A stretch of DNA of 61,333 bases, the filler included, from Stramenopiles sp. TOSAG23-2 (taxonomy: Eukaryota): assembly GCA_900128395.1 (NCBI GenBank). It is 3 parts of 3 records of this genome, joined end to end, with 100 filler letters (N's around TTAATTAATTAA, not from the genome) between each part and the next. Parts side by side here need not be neighbours in the genome. Positions count along the whole stretch, not along the records: positions 20,640 to 41,039 come from LT649559.1; 2 more parts are not named here. One strand, 5' to 3'. The first letter of the stretch is position 1. Every line of letters begins with the position of its first letter. This document shows, piece after piece, positions 20,708 through 32,633 of this stretch. Made by a program: the position numbers and the translations under genes. The notes beneath the pieces were generated by a model, which saw nothing but the letters and a program-made list of their open reading frames with translations, did no database searches and was not told where the DNA came from.

Positions 20708-20951
20708 AATATTATGGTGCTCGTAAATTAAATTTAAAAAAATAATTCGTATTATACTCCGTATATTAATTATTTTTATATTAATTGAATTGATAATGCG
20801 CATTACAAAAACCGTTCTTATAATATAATACACTCGAGAATACTAATTTTTAATTTACACACACCACGACTTTTATATATATTGTGACATGTTGTGACCA
20901 CCTGTGAGCAATTACTGATGGTTTACCCAAAGAGTTTCTTTTTGTCATTTT

Positions 20952-23003
20952 TTATACTATCATCACCTTGCTAGTTTTCTTTTTATTCACATTTAAAACT
21001 TTATTGCTATTATTATTATTACTACTACTACTACCGATAATATTATTATTATTATTATTACTATTTCCTCCACCATCTTGATCATTATCATCTTCAATTA
21101 TAACAGCTTCTGCTGATTGATTTACTTTTTGTCTAGCCTTTTCTAACCATTTACGGGCTTCATGGTACGTTTCTTTTAAAAGTAATGATTCTTCAAATTT
21201 TGTAATTGCATTCTCATAATCTTCTAAATAAAAATAGCATATACCTTGATTGTGGTACGTAACATGATGAGCACCACAATGTTCAGTTGACGCCTCAAAT
21301 AATCTAATGGATGTACGATAATCTTTTAAACCCATATAAACACGGGCAACTTCAAAACTAATATCACGTTTAGGTTGCAATGGAAAATAATTTTCCAAAA
21401 CACCCTTTAACGTTTTACGTAAATCTTTACGTACACTTTCCGATGTTTTCAATGCACCAACTTTATCAATAACAGTTGATTTAAATTTATGAAAAACTTC
21501 AGCATCGTTATTTGCAAGACGGACCATTGCTATTGCATGTTTTAAACCTGGAGAGACACTCTCATCGCGATCACAACGCTGTAAGGTCGAAAACGATTCA
21601 GGGCCAAATCCTTTTGCCCATTCATTAAATGCTAAACATGTCATTGGTATATTCTTAACAGATAATTTCCTTGATCCTATTAAACAGCATTTAAATCCAT
21701 CTGCATTTCTACCTTGCAACATAAATCCACCTGATTTTACAGCATATAATGACAATGCATGAAAGTTAACCATAAAGGAGAAACTACCATGTTTTGCTAT
21801 GTGGGGATTACGTAATCCTGCCATGTCGTTAAACGAGCTATACCCTTTATCACCTATCAATGATAGTAACGGGACATTTGCACCATCACAAATTCTAGTT
21901 AAATTTTGTAACAATTTTAAACCACCAATTGGAATTAAAATAGTTGCATCCTCTGCCACATTTAAATTTTTCATATCATCTGTTGGATATTCCCCTGTAA
22001 TTAAATCAAAGTATTGATGGGGCAAGGAATTCAAAATGGGATCATTTCCATATAAACCTTTCTCATTTACTTTTGCATCGTATTCTTTATTAATCCTATT
22101 TTCAATTGTATTACTACCTTCAACAAACCCTATATCTACCGGTTTATATGACCATTCCGTGCTCATTCCTTGTATAATTTCAAAGGGTTTTGCATCAATT
22201 TCTTCATTATTTATATTTAAACGCGTCGTTGCCGTGGATTTTGTTAATACAGATCCAACATAAACACCATCTGGTTGAATTTGCAATGCATCTTGGGACA
22301 ATGTATTAAATACATAATTGGCAACGCAAATGATCGGATTTTTTAATGTAGATTTAGATAAAACTTTCCCAGATGAAAGAGTGATTTCATCACCAATTGC
22401 CTCCCCATCAATCAATGCAGCTTCTAATAAACCTTGATCAAATAATGGTTTTAATTTTGAATGACTAAACCAATATTCTAAATTACGTCTTGCAACGTCG
22501 GATACAATAATGCGAAATGGAACTCCTTGTGGATCTTTATGTCCTTTTGTGAAAAACCGACAAAGTTTCATAATTTGATTCATTAATAAATATGCTAATT
22601 TCCCTGAACCAGAACCAATTTCTAATATATAAATTGGTTCATTTAGATCTGGTTCACATACAGTACCATCTTCCAAAGTTATAGATTTTGAAAACCATTC
22701 ATTCGCAAATTCAACAATTACTTTGGCATAACATTTTGCAATAAATGCATTGGAAGAAACAAAACTTGGTACGATTCCTTGCGTCCATGCTTCCTCACCA
22801 ACATCTTTATAAAAATTCTTTTGCAATTCCCATAATATATGTTTTGATGAAAATAAACGCGTAGAATTTTGAATCACTTGAGGCTCTCCACTTTGCAATA
22901 CACCATCATTATCATTATCAAAAGATATATTTGTGGATCTAGTAGCAAAATTATCCTCCTCATCTTCTGGTTTATCAGCTGCACAATCTAATACATTACC
23001 CAT
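20952..23003 (-). CDS. SAM-dependent methyltransferase-like (MidA/DUF185-like) protein with C-terminal TPRs
   Basis: IYILEIGSGSGKL SAM motif and ANYVFNTL; TPRs (TYHNQGICYFYLEDYENAITKFEESL); MGNVLDC acylation-type N-terminus. Confidence 0.75.
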   Translation of the reverse strand: MGNVLDCAADKPEDEEDNFATRSTNISFDNDNDGVLQSGEPQVIQNSTRLFSSKHILWELQKNFYKDVGEEAWTQGIVPSFVSSNAFIAKCYAKVIVEFANEWFSKSITLEDGTVCEPDLNEPIYILEIGSGSGKLAYLLMNQIMKLCRFFTKGHKDPQGVPFRIIVSDVARRNLEYWFSHSKLKPLFDQGLLEAALIDGEAIGDEITLSSGKVLSKSTLKNPIICVANYVFNTLSQDALQIQPDGVYVGSVLTKSTATTRLNINNEEIDAKPFEIIQGMSTEWSYKPVDIGFVEGSNTIENRINKEYDAKVNEKGLYGNDPILNSLPHQYFDLITGEYPTDDMKNLNVAEDATILIPIGGLKLLQNLTRICDGANVPLLSLIGDKGYSSFNDMAGLRNPHIAKHGSFSFMVNFHALSLYAVKSGGFMLQGRNADGFKCCLIGSRKLSVKNIPMTCLAFNEWAKGFGPESFSTLQRCDRDESVSPGLKHAIAMVRLANNDAEVFHKFKSTVIDKVGALKTSESVRKDLRKTLKGVLENYFPLQPKRDISFEVARVYMGLKDYRTSIRLFEASTEHCGAHHVTYHNQGICYFYLEDYENAITKFEESLLLKETYHEARKWLEKARQKVNQSAEAVIIEDDNDQDGGGNSNNNNNNIIGSSSSNNNNSNKVLNVNKKKTSKVMIV

Positions 23004-23620
23004 GTTTTATTCCAGTAATATTATGTTTTCAATATATACAGAAGCAATATATATATATATATACTGAATATTCAATGTTGTTGTATAAGTAGAGACATTA
23101 AAAATACGTTACGTTGTAAGTAAATGCTACTCGTGTCTTTCTTTCTATATATAATATATGTATGTACCAAACATTTTTTTATTTTTTTCTTCTTCTTCAT
23201 TCATTTTTTTTTTTAATGTGATATGATGTGCCAATCATCACAACAACGAGCAACGAGAGGCGGCCAAATTTATATTTTAAGGAGCTATTACCGGTTCAAT
23301 AGCAGAGGACGAGAAAAAAGGCCACAGCATTAGCTAAAAATAGTTGCACATGTGCATCACATAGTGAAAATATTTTTAAAACTTTTTTTTGAAAAAAATA
23401 TATATATAGACCCTTTTGACATAGATATAAACCATTTTAAAATAGTCTTCGTTAATATATATAATACATCGGTACGAACCTGAAAATTTATATAAAGTGA
23501 CTAAACTATATTTAGCAGGTGTTGTACAATTTTCAGGGTGTTACGTCTTGTTCTATATATATCGTTTGCATATTTGCGTATTATTAGAAATTATATAAGG
23601 ATAGGGACGTATAATAAAAC

Positions 23621-24826
23621 ATGAAATATAATAATAATAAATTAATATTATTTTGCCTCATTGCATGTATCGTATCAATAACAACTAGTGAAGGAAGGCG
23701 TGCAGTGAAAACATTTGAAATTAACTTGGATCTTGCGCCAGAGAAGAGATATGAAGAACTATTGCCAACATATAATAAAACGGTATGGGGTTTCTACAAT
23801 AAATATTTTGCAAAAGATAAGATATTGACAGATATTTTATATGGCTTAGCAGATAAACGCGGCCCTGAAAATGAGGAGCAACAAAAAGAAATTGAAGGTT
23901 TGGCTGATTTATCTAAATTACCATTAAAATTTGTTCAAGGGATACAAATGTTATATGAAATCCAGACACTAATGGTTCCAATTGTAAATTTTACAGGTCA
24001 TCCAAAGCGTATTGATCCAATACCTGAAGGATACGAGGCATTATTAAAGTTGCCATGGCATGGTGGTTGCACTGGTATAATAGCAAGAAATTCAAAGGAT
24101 AATACGGTATATCATGCCAGAAATCTTGATTTTAGTCCTGTGCCTGTCATGACTAATTTAGTGTACAATGGTGTTTTCACAAAAGGTGGAAAAGAAATTT
24201 TTCGATCTCAAATGATTGCTGGATATACTATGGTTATCACTGCGTTCAAAGCGGGGAAAGATGGATATGCAATTGAAAGAAATACACGGTATACGGACCA
24301 TTGGGGTGGTAATAAGGAAATGATTGATAATTTAGAAAGTGGGAGAAAGTTAAATGGATGGCAATTACGCAAAATCTTGGAAACTACTGATACTTTTGAT
24401 GATGCAATTCAGAAAATTTCAACAATTCCATATGCATCTACAGAATATGCAATTGTATCAGGTGTACAAAAAGGTCAAATTATCAGCCGCAACCCAGATA
24501 ATGTTGCATACCGCCAAGTGTTAGGTCAAAACAATTTCGATGAACCAGATGATTATATTATCATTACAAATTTTGATTTCTTTTATCATGATATACGTGA
24601 GCAGTTTGACCCTACTGCTGGTGGTGGTTTTAAAAAGCCAACAAGAAGAGAAGCAGCGCAAAAAATATTGAATAGTTCAACAGCATTAACTCCACAAGTA
24701 TTGTTTGATACAATTAATGCTGAATACGTATTGGCAGATACTGTATTTCAAGCAATTATTAATGTTGAATTAGGTTTATGGAATATTAGTCAACCTGATT
24801 TAAAAGATGGTGTCGTGGTGCTTTAA
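23621..24826 (+). CDS. Acid ceramidase / N-acylethanolamine acid amidase family Ntn-hydrolase
   Basis: Signal peptide, INLDLAPEKRY, GG|CTGIIA nucleophile Cys, HARNLDF and ITNFD motifs. Confidence 0.88.
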   Translation: MKYNNNKLILFCLIACIVSITTSEGRRAVKTFEINLDLAPEKRYEELLPTYNKTVWGFYNKYFAKDKILTDILYGLADKRGPENEEQQKEIEGLADLSKLPLKFVQGIQMLYEIQTLMVPIVNFTGHPKRIDPIPEGYEALLKLPWHGGCTGIIARNSKDNTVYHARNLDFSPVPVMTNLVYNGVFTKGGKEIFRSQMIAGYTMVITAFKAGKDGYAIERNTRYTDHWGGNKEMIDNLESGRKLNGWQLRKILETTDTFDDAIQKISTIPYASTEYAIVSGVQKGQIISRNPDNVAYRQVLGQNNFDEPDDYIIITNFDFFYHDIREQFDPTAGGGFKKPTRREAAQKILNSSTALTPQVLFDTINAEYVLADTVFQAIINVELGLWNISQPDLKDGVVVL

Positions 24827-24984
24827 ATTTTGTGTGCGGTGTTTTAACTTTTTTAAAATACTTCGTATCATATATTGGAGAATATATGATATGTGTGTGC
24901 GTGTGTATGATACTCGCACTATCATATCATAAAAATATCATAATTCCGTATTATATTACACATGATATTTGTGTGCGTGTATAT

Positions 24985-27900
24985 TTATCTTCTAGATTTA
25001 CTACTACCACTACTACCACTACCTCTTCTATTTCCTAGTACAGATGATGTATTGTTTGAACTGCTTCTTCTACCAAGGGCAGTTAAATTATTTCGCTTTT
25101 GTAAATTTGGCGAAGTTGTTGTTGTTTCTATCCATTTCGAGGAACTTTCCCTTCTAACATTACCATTAACAACACGTCTACGTTCTTTTGCAGTATTCGA
25201 TTTAGAAGCTGACAAGGATGAAGACGGTGCGGATATTCCTAAGGCTGATCTTGCATTTGGAGAATTATTTCTTGATAATCTTCCAATATTTCGTACCTTT
25301 GACACACCTTGATATAATAATGGATTCATAGTAGGACTGATATTGCTTTTACTACTACCAAGCGAAGTAATATTTGATGAACTGCGGTTCATATTATTGG
25401 CTTTCGAGGAAGATGGAGAAATAATTGATGTTTGTATTTCACTTTTTGATAGACCTTGTTTCATACCCGAAAGAGATGACCCAGAATTTGAACCCAGAGT
25501 TCGTTTTAATCTTGCTATTTCGATATCCTTTGGATCGATAGTTTTACTACTTTTGGAAGATGAAATACTAGAATAGGCTTTATAGCCCATAAATTGTTTT
25601 CTTAACCGTTCTATCTCCATATCTTTATCGATTGGTATTCCTTTACCCTTGCCATTATTAATTTTATCCGGGCTATTGCTAAATTTTAATCGAGCATTCA
25701 CACCATCAAAAAAGTCTATGATTGTTTTATGTAAACCGCCTCTAGATGCATAAGCTTGTCTATTTTCTTCTGACAACTCCATGCCACTCTCTATGAACGT
25801 TTTCATTTCATTTTTTTCAATCAACGAATCTCCATCTTCATCAACGCTTTCAAGAAAGTCTTTACACATGCTTTCGTCAACTTCATGTCCAGTAAAATCC
25901 TTTAACAATTGTTTTACGTTTCTAGCATCTAAACTGCCGAGCCCCTCGGTATCGTATAATTGCCATATTTGATCTAGTAACGATTCTACATCGTGAACGG
26001 CTATTTTTTCTGATTTCAACAATTTCAATCGTTTTAAATGATCTCCTACACCTTGGAAAAAATCTATTATAGTTTTGTGGAATTCACCACGTTGTGCATA
26101 TTCTGTTTTCAACGACTCGGATAATTGTAAACCTTCTTCAATAAATTTCAACATTTCATTTTTATCGATTTGTCCATCTCCAGAGCCATCAATACTTTTC
26201 AAAAATTGAGAACATCTTTCTTCACCTATTACATGCCCAGTGTATTCTTCTATGCAAGGTTTGACCTCTTTTGCGTCCAATAAATTGTTTCGATCTAAAT
26301 CATATTTACGAAAAATATCATCGATTAAATTAGATAACGTAATCTCTTTACTGGCAACTTCATTATCCCAAAAAGAAGCAAGTGATAAGCGCCGTGCTAG
26401 AGTTTTTGGTGTTGGAGGGAGTATTTTCGATTCTTCTTCTTTTATTTGTGTCATCAATGTTGCTTCAACACCAATAAAAAATTCAACAATCGTTTTATGA
26501 AATTCTCCACGTTTTGCATATTGTGCTCTCAAGGATGTTGGTAATTCTAACCCATCTTGTATAAATTTCTGTAATTCTTGTTTATCGATTTCCCCATCAC
26601 CAGATGTATCAATACTAATCAAAAATTCATGACATTGGTCCCCCGTTATTGCATGCCCAGTATACTCTTCAATAAATGGCTTTACTTCCATCGCATTTAA
26701 TGTGTCACTATCAGTTAAATTATATTTAATTAGCATCTTATCGATAAATTTATTTAATTGTCTTTGCATTTCGGTAGATAAAGCAACAGCATCTTTTTCT
26801 TCTTCTTCATCCCCGTCTTCATCTTCTTTCGACTTGCCAACATTGCTCGCGTCATCTTTATATTTATTTGCTTTAGGCGATGCCCCTTTTGATGGATTAA
26901 TATGAATAGAGTTTGAAATGACTATTTCAATGTTGTTTTCCTCTAATAATTCGCGTAATCTTTTGTTTTCAGCCTTCAAAGCGTGCAAACCATTATCCCA
27001 GTACCATAGTTCACCATCCATTTCAAATTCTATATTTTTATCTAAATATTCATTTAAATCCCCATTACATTTACTAAATTGATTTAAATATACGCATCCA
27101 TTTATATGATCAGGTAATTTTGGTGTCCGTCCGCCCAACTTTAATTTCATCATCCATCGCCTTCGATACCAGAAAATTGCTATTGGTAATGTAATGAAAA
27201 TTGTAATTGAGCTAAATGCCATCATTATAAATACTACCACAACTTCCCAATACAATAATCGCGCGGAAAAATATTTAAAATCATCATTAAATCCAGTTGG
27301 TGGTTCTCTTTTCCACACTAAATTCTGATCAAGCCACTCACCATAGCTATAGCGAGCACAGCAACGTTCGTAAATGCCAAATGTTATTACGTTCAATAAT
27401 TTATTTTTCAACCAATAAAAATAAAAATCACCAAAATGTACCTCCAACATGGTCGTTTCATTTAAAACTTGCAATGGTGCAGCTGTTGCATTTACTAGGG
27501 ATTGATAACTAATATATTCAATGAAAGGCATTGGTAACCAAAGTAATGCAACATCAATAAAAATTAGTTGATGTATCATTTGTATTAACATATTTATTGG
27601 GCTTGTTAAAGAAACTAAAATAGCCACGCAACTATGCGATGTTTCAATATTAAATAAAGCAGTTTTTTTAAAGCCACGTTCTACATCATCACCATCGTTC
27701 ATATTATTACCATAGATATTTTTGGCTCCCATATCTGAAAGTTTCAATGATGACTTGTCTCGTATTCTTATCTCTCGTCTAGCTTCACGTTGCTTATGCA
27801 ACTGGAATAAAGTGAAATTCATAAACAAAATATGTAAAGATGTAGTTATTGCAAATAATAACAATACAACATATAGTAAAGTTCCAAACCAAATAGGAAC

Positions 27901-28176
27901 ATAGTCAAATAAATCTCTGCTTACATCTTTTATTAATACTTCTTCCGTTTCATTTGCTACAATTAGCCATAAAGTCCAAAAGACACTACTTAACGCAATA
28001 TATGCAGTTGCTGTAAAATAATACCATACCGGGAAACCCAAATGGTGATGGATTGTAAGTCCTTTTTTACGAAAAGTTGAACCAAAACCAACCTTAACAA
28101 TGCCAAATCCTAAATGCAATGAGGTACAAATGCTGCCAATAATTAATGGCAAAAAACTTGTTGCCGATGCAGACAT
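24985..28176 (-). CDS. Multi-pass membrane protein (DUF898/YjgN-like segment) with three EF-hand pairs and a Ser-rich tail
   Basis: N-terminal TM helices, WLKNKLLNVITFGIY, and EF loops DTSGDGEIDKQE, DGSGDGQIDKNE and DEDGDSLIEKNE in three homologous blocks. Confidence 0.75.
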   Translation of the reverse strand: MSASATSFLPLIIGSICTSLHLGFGIVKVGFGSTFRKKGLTIHHHLGFPVWYYFTATAYIALSSVFWTLWLIVANETEEVLIKDVSRDLFDYVPIWFGTLLYVVLLLFAITTSLHILFMNFTLFQLHKQREARREIRIRDKSSLKLSDMGAKNIYGNNMNDGDDVERGFKKTALFNIETSHSCVAILVSLTSPINMLIQMIHQLIFIDVALLWLPMPFIEYISYQSLVNATAAPLQVLNETTMLEVHFGDFYFYWLKNKLLNVITFGIYERCCARYSYGEWLDQNLVWKREPPTGFNDDFKYFSARLLYWEVVVVFIMMAFSSITIFITLPIAIFWYRRRWMMKLKLGGRTPKLPDHINGCVYLNQFSKCNGDLNEYLDKNIEFEMDGELWYWDNGLHALKAENKRLRELLEENNIEIVISNSIHINPSKGASPKANKYKDDASNVGKSKEDEDGDEEEEKDAVALSTEMQRQLNKFIDKMLIKYNLTDSDTLNAMEVKPFIEEYTGHAITGDQCHEFLISIDTSGDGEIDKQELQKFIQDGLELPTSLRAQYAKRGEFHKTIVEFFIGVEATLMTQIKEEESKILPPTPKTLARRLSLASFWDNEVASKEITLSNLIDDIFRKYDLDRNNLLDAKEVKPCIEEYTGHVIGEERCSQFLKSIDGSGDGQIDKNEMLKFIEEGLQLSESLKTEYAQRGEFHKTIIDFFQGVGDHLKRLKLLKSEKIAVHDVESLLDQIWQLYDTEGLGSLDARNVKQLLKDFTGHEVDESMCKDFLESVDEDGDSLIEKNEMKTFIESGMELSEENRQAYASRGGLHKTIIDFFDGVNARLKFSNSPDKINNGKGKGIPIDKDMEIERLRKQFMGYKAYSSISSSKSSKTIDPKDIEIARLKRTLGSNSGSSLSGMKQGLSKSEIQTSIISPSSSKANNMNRSSSNITSLGSSKSNISPTMNPLLYQGVSKVRNIGRLSRNNSPNARSALGISAPSSSLSASKSNTAKERRRVVNGNVRRESSSKWIETTTTSPNLQKRNNLTALGRRSSSNNTSSVLGNRRGSGSSGSSKSRR

Positions 28177-28910
28177 TATTCGCTAATACGTATGTATAGA
28201 TTATTAGATGAAAAGATCTTCTACTCTTGAGTTTTATACGAAAACAGTTTAATCATTGAATATTGATTTAGTTATAATTAATTAATAATAATAGCAACGG
28301 TTTGTTTTGTTGTGTCTGTTGTTGTTGTTTATTATTATTTTATGTTGTACTATAATATTACAGCACATACTGTAGTAATACCAGGTACACATCACCATCA
28401 ATCTCATTATCTTTTACCAAATTATAACTGCTGTGCTCAATATTATTTTATCATACAAAAAATAAATAGGGCTAGGCGGCTATTTAATTTTTTGTACACA
28501 TAAAAGCTAACCAGGCTAAAGCATGAAATAAAGTTAAAGTCTGAAAAAAAAAAAGGCTGTGGATAATTCATATAGCAGGTTCATACCACTGTGTAACCTA
28601 AATAGCAGGCTTTAGCACTGTCGAGAAAGAAGAAAGAAATATGCAAAAGCACAAATGTGCAAATCGAAAAAAAATGAATAGACATCGACCACACACATTA
28701 TTATAACACATAAATATAATATATATATGATTATACAAAAGAGGTATAGAATAAAGTAGGATGAATCAGGATAAAAGAAACAAACACAATTACATATTCC
28801 AGTAATTATAGTATATTGCATAACTACACACATAGTACATACGCACACACGCACACACATATATACAGTTACAATTTGTTTCATTATATATATATTGACG
28901 TTGTTTAACA

Positions 28911-31076
28911 ATGAGTTTACGTTTAGCAAAGAAACGATCGATCGAGTTGGAAAAAAAGAAAGATGAGGAAAAAGATACTAGCTCCGCACCACCACCGAAA
29001 AAAAGAGCTAAAGTTGTTCCAAAGAAGAAAATGCCAGCAAAGAAAAAAGCCCCAGCAAAGAAAAAAGCACCGGTAAAGAAAAAAGCGCCTGCAAAGAAGA
29101 AAGCACCTGGAAGAAAAAAGGCAGCACCAAAGAAAAAAGCACCTGCAAAAAAAAGAAATAGCAAAAAGAAATCAAAACACGAAGATTATTTTGATGCATC
29201 TTCTTCAGACGAAGATGATGACTCCTCTTCTGATGATGACGATTCATCTTCCTCGGATGATGACGATTCTGATGACGATGATTCTTCATCTTCTGATGAT
29301 GATGACGACGACGATGATTCCGATGACGACGACTCGTCATCTTCTTCGGATGACGATGATTCCTCAGATGACGAAGATTCAGATTTAGAATATGAAGATG
29401 ATTATGATGAGAATTTTTATAAAAAAGATGATGCAGAAGACTATAATAAATTGATGGCTATGAAAGATGTTGAAAGGCAATTGGTTATTGAGGAGCGTAA
29501 AGCTGAACGTGAAACAAAGATGCAGCAATTTAATGTTGAGCGCAGAATTCGGCAAAGGAAAAAGCAGGAAAAGGAAGAAGCAAAACAAAAAAAAGCAGGT
29601 ACAAGGCGTAAATCATCACGTGCACAAAGTAAGAAAACAACAGCAAGAAAAGCGGCATTGGATAATTTGGCAAAAAAAAAACGTTCAAACAATCGCTCCA
29701 GAATGTCGGACTCGTCTTCAGAAGAGTTTTCTTCCTCTGAGGAGGATGATGATGATGACGAAGATTATGAATATGGCGGCACATTAAAACGCAGCGCAAC
29801 TAGAAAAAAGAAAAAAGTTGGTAGCAAACGTGGTAGCAGTAGTAGTAGAGTAGATGATGCAATGGATGTAGATGATGATGACGAGGATGTGAAACAACGC
29901 GAGGCAGAAGTGAAACAACCGCGGATGGAGTATAGAAGTGTCATAGGTAGTGTTTCTCTTCAAAGAAAAGGTGCCCAACTTACACGTCAGGATGTTTATG
30001 ATGATATCCATAAGCCATGGTTTAAAACAGCTGCAAGAGGCATGTTTGTTAGAGTTCGTAAACAACATGGGAGAAAAGGATATATGTTGATGAGGATACG
30101 CAAAGTTTATAGTGGCAAAAAGCCATATACGTTAATCCATAAAAATGGTTTAGGTAGTTTAAAAACATTAGAGATGTTTCAATTGTATTTGCATACAGAA
30201 GATACTAAAGTCATGACGGTACCAGCAAAATTCATATCGAATGATAAATGCTCGGTTGAAGAATACAATTCATATTTAAAACGTCTAGAAAGTGTTAACT
30301 ACACAGTACCACGACAGAATGAAATTGAAAAACATGTTCATAAATATTCATTATTTAAAAAAGATACATCTGATGGAGATATATCAGCAATGATTGCAAT
30401 GAATAAGAAATTTCGTAAAAAGGCGATTAATTTGTCCACTGCTAAAATCGAGACACAACGTGAGTTGGAAGTAATGTTACAAAAACCAACGCCAGAAGAT
30501 GAGATTGAAGCAGCGAAGCTTGAAGAGAGAATCAATGAATTAAAGGATAAAATCGAGGATTTAAAGGCACAAGAGGAAAAAGATAAGACAGGACGTAATG
30601 CGAAAGATTTACGTACTGCGAAAATTAATGAAAGAAATCAATTAGGAAATATATTAAGAATGGACCATGCAAAGTCACAAGTACAACAACAGGCCGAGGC
30701 TGGAGCAATGAACCCGTTCATGAGACGTGCTACAAGACCAAAAATTTTGTGGGATATGCACAATGGCGACAAAGAGGAGTCGAAGAAAAAAGACGATGAT
30801 GAGAAAAATAAAGAAGAGAAAAAAGAAGATGAAGCAGCAGCTAATAGTAAAAAGAAGAAGGAAAAGGAAAAAATACTTACATTGTATGATTTACATAATT
30901 TTAGCCTACCAAATGAAGATAATTTGCCATTTACGGAAAGTCAAGCTGAAACAGGAATCGATAGTAGTAAATATAACCCTGATGGTAGTGGTAAAATTGG
31001 ATATGGTACAAAAAATCGCACTAAGATGCGAATTGAAGGCACAATGTCATTAAATGAATATTTAAATGGATTTTAA
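28911..31076 (+). CDS. RTF1: PAF1-complex subunit RTF1 (Plus3 domain)
   Basis: LMAMKDVERQLVIEER, Plus3 start LTRQ..KPWF..GMFVRV, ISND and NPFMRRATRP motifs. Confidence 0.85.
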   Translation: MSLRLAKKRSIELEKKKDEEKDTSSAPPPKKRAKVVPKKKMPAKKKAPAKKKAPVKKKAPAKKKAPGRKKAAPKKKAPAKKRNSKKKSKHEDYFDASSSDEDDDSSSDDDDSSSSDDDDSDDDDSSSSDDDDDDDDSDDDDSSSSSDDDDSSDDEDSDLEYEDDYDENFYKKDDAEDYNKLMAMKDVERQLVIEERKAERETKMQQFNVERRIRQRKKQEKEEAKQKKAGTRRKSSRAQSKKTTARKAALDNLAKKKRSNNRSRMSDSSSEEFSSSEEDDDDDEDYEYGGTLKRSATRKKKKVGSKRGSSSSRVDDAMDVDDDDEDVKQREAEVKQPRMEYRSVIGSVSLQRKGAQLTRQDVYDDIHKPWFKTAARGMFVRVRKQHGRKGYMLMRIRKVYSGKKPYTLIHKNGLGSLKTLEMFQLYLHTEDTKVMTVPAKFISNDKCSVEEYNSYLKRLESVNYTVPRQNEIEKHVHKYSLFKKDTSDGDISAMIAMNKKFRKKAINLSTAKIETQRELEVMLQKPTPEDEIEAAKLEERINELKDKIEDLKAQEEKDKTGRNAKDLRTAKINERNQLGNILRMDHAKSQVQQQAEAGAMNPFMRRATRPKILWDMHNGDKEESKKKDDDEKNKEEKKEDEAAANSKKKKEKEKILTLYDLHNFSLPNEDNLPFTESQAETGIDSSKYNPDGSGKIGYGTKNRTKMRIEGTMSLNEYLNGF

Positions 31077-31689
31077 AAATTTTTTGAGTATATTAATATG
31101 CTTGTATTCTACTCTTTTCGTACATTTTTGTTATAACGTAATAACTACTATACTAATTTTATATTTATTATCCCAAATCGCCAAATTTTTACCATAATTA
31201 TAATTATTTAAAAATAAAAAGTGATAAAATTTTATTTTACTAATTTCGTCACTAATGTTTTGAAAGAAATAGCGGAATGTTTAATATACTGTATAATACA
31301 GTACAGAGCTCTAACGCTCCAACGCCAACCAAAATAGTAAGGTAAAAATTTAAAAAAGCGACGGAAATTTTTTAATGGAAATTATCAAAGTTATGGTAAC
31401 AAAACTTTAACAATTGGTATTAATAAACATATAAATACTCAACCATATGAATATACAATGTTCTCATTCAATGTGACATTTTTTTAAATAAGAAAAGTGA
31501 ATTCTGGAATTAAAAAGGAAATATTATAGCACATTTGCAACGTGCCAAGCCACATCACAAAATTTGTTTTTTATTTATTTTATTATTTCAATTATTAATA
31601 AGCACATAATAAAGGATAATAATAAGCCCAGTAAGACTATTACATGTATAAATCATATCTTCGCATTCTTTTTGTTATTGTTTGACTGA

Positions 31690-32360
31690 AATCATTATTT
31701 CCCCTTTTGTTTTAATTGCTGGTAAATGTACGTTGTATATTGTATCACTAGTGAACAACTTGTTAATAAAATAGGGATAGATACTGCGAAAAACAAAAAT
31801 AGTTAAAAGACTTGATCATGGAAAGGGGAGGATTAGAAAGGGGAGGATATGTAAAAAAAAAAGTATTAAATCCTCAGGATGATAACACACGCGTTCAGTA
31901 TAAATGGGTAGAAGGACCTGGAGGATATATAAAAATGAGTAACGGATTTTGGACATGGAAACCCGGTAGAGGTACTTATGTTCTGAAAGACGGAGAGATG
32001 CAATGGAAATTAAATTAGAATATTTTGTACCTGCTATACAAATTGCTGGGCAAGTGCGAATAAGATGCAAAGATATATATGTAAATTTATTTGATTTGCC
32101 ATTTTCAAATGGATTTGACCGATATGGATGTTTTCAAAAGTCAAAACAAAAGTTTTTTAGATATATAATATATATATTAACAGTGATAAATGTAAATACG
32201 AGAAAGCTATATATGCCTATAAATCGAAAAAGAAAGATGCTGCGATAGTGATTATTACGCCGCGTTAAAATATTATTTATCAAACAATTTGTAAAAGATG
32301 TATGGTATGATATGGATTAAGTTTCATGAAAACGATTATCAAAGACCCCTCCCTTATTTA
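31690..32360 (+). pseudogene. Possible degraded gene (short coding-like ORFs in shifting frames)
   Basis: Overlapping ORFs 31812-32018 and 32003-32248 with protein-like composition; no family recognised. Confidence 0.3.
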
Positions 32361-32469
32361 TAAAAATATTTTTTATAAAAAATATAAAAAATTATAAAAA
32401 TAACTGAGAGACTGAGAGATGCTGCTGTGTCAGAGTTTAAATTTAAATCGTATTGTTAATTTAATATGG

Positions 32470-32502
<33 letters not shown>

Positions 32503-32633
32503 TTTACCAACATCGACTTTTGGATTTGTTAAAAAGAGACGACACTCTAGGAGCAGACCCACACCAACCAACATATCCTTTTCTTGTAAAATATTTATAT
32601 ATGCATCAGACATCAAATCGCACACCCTAAGAA

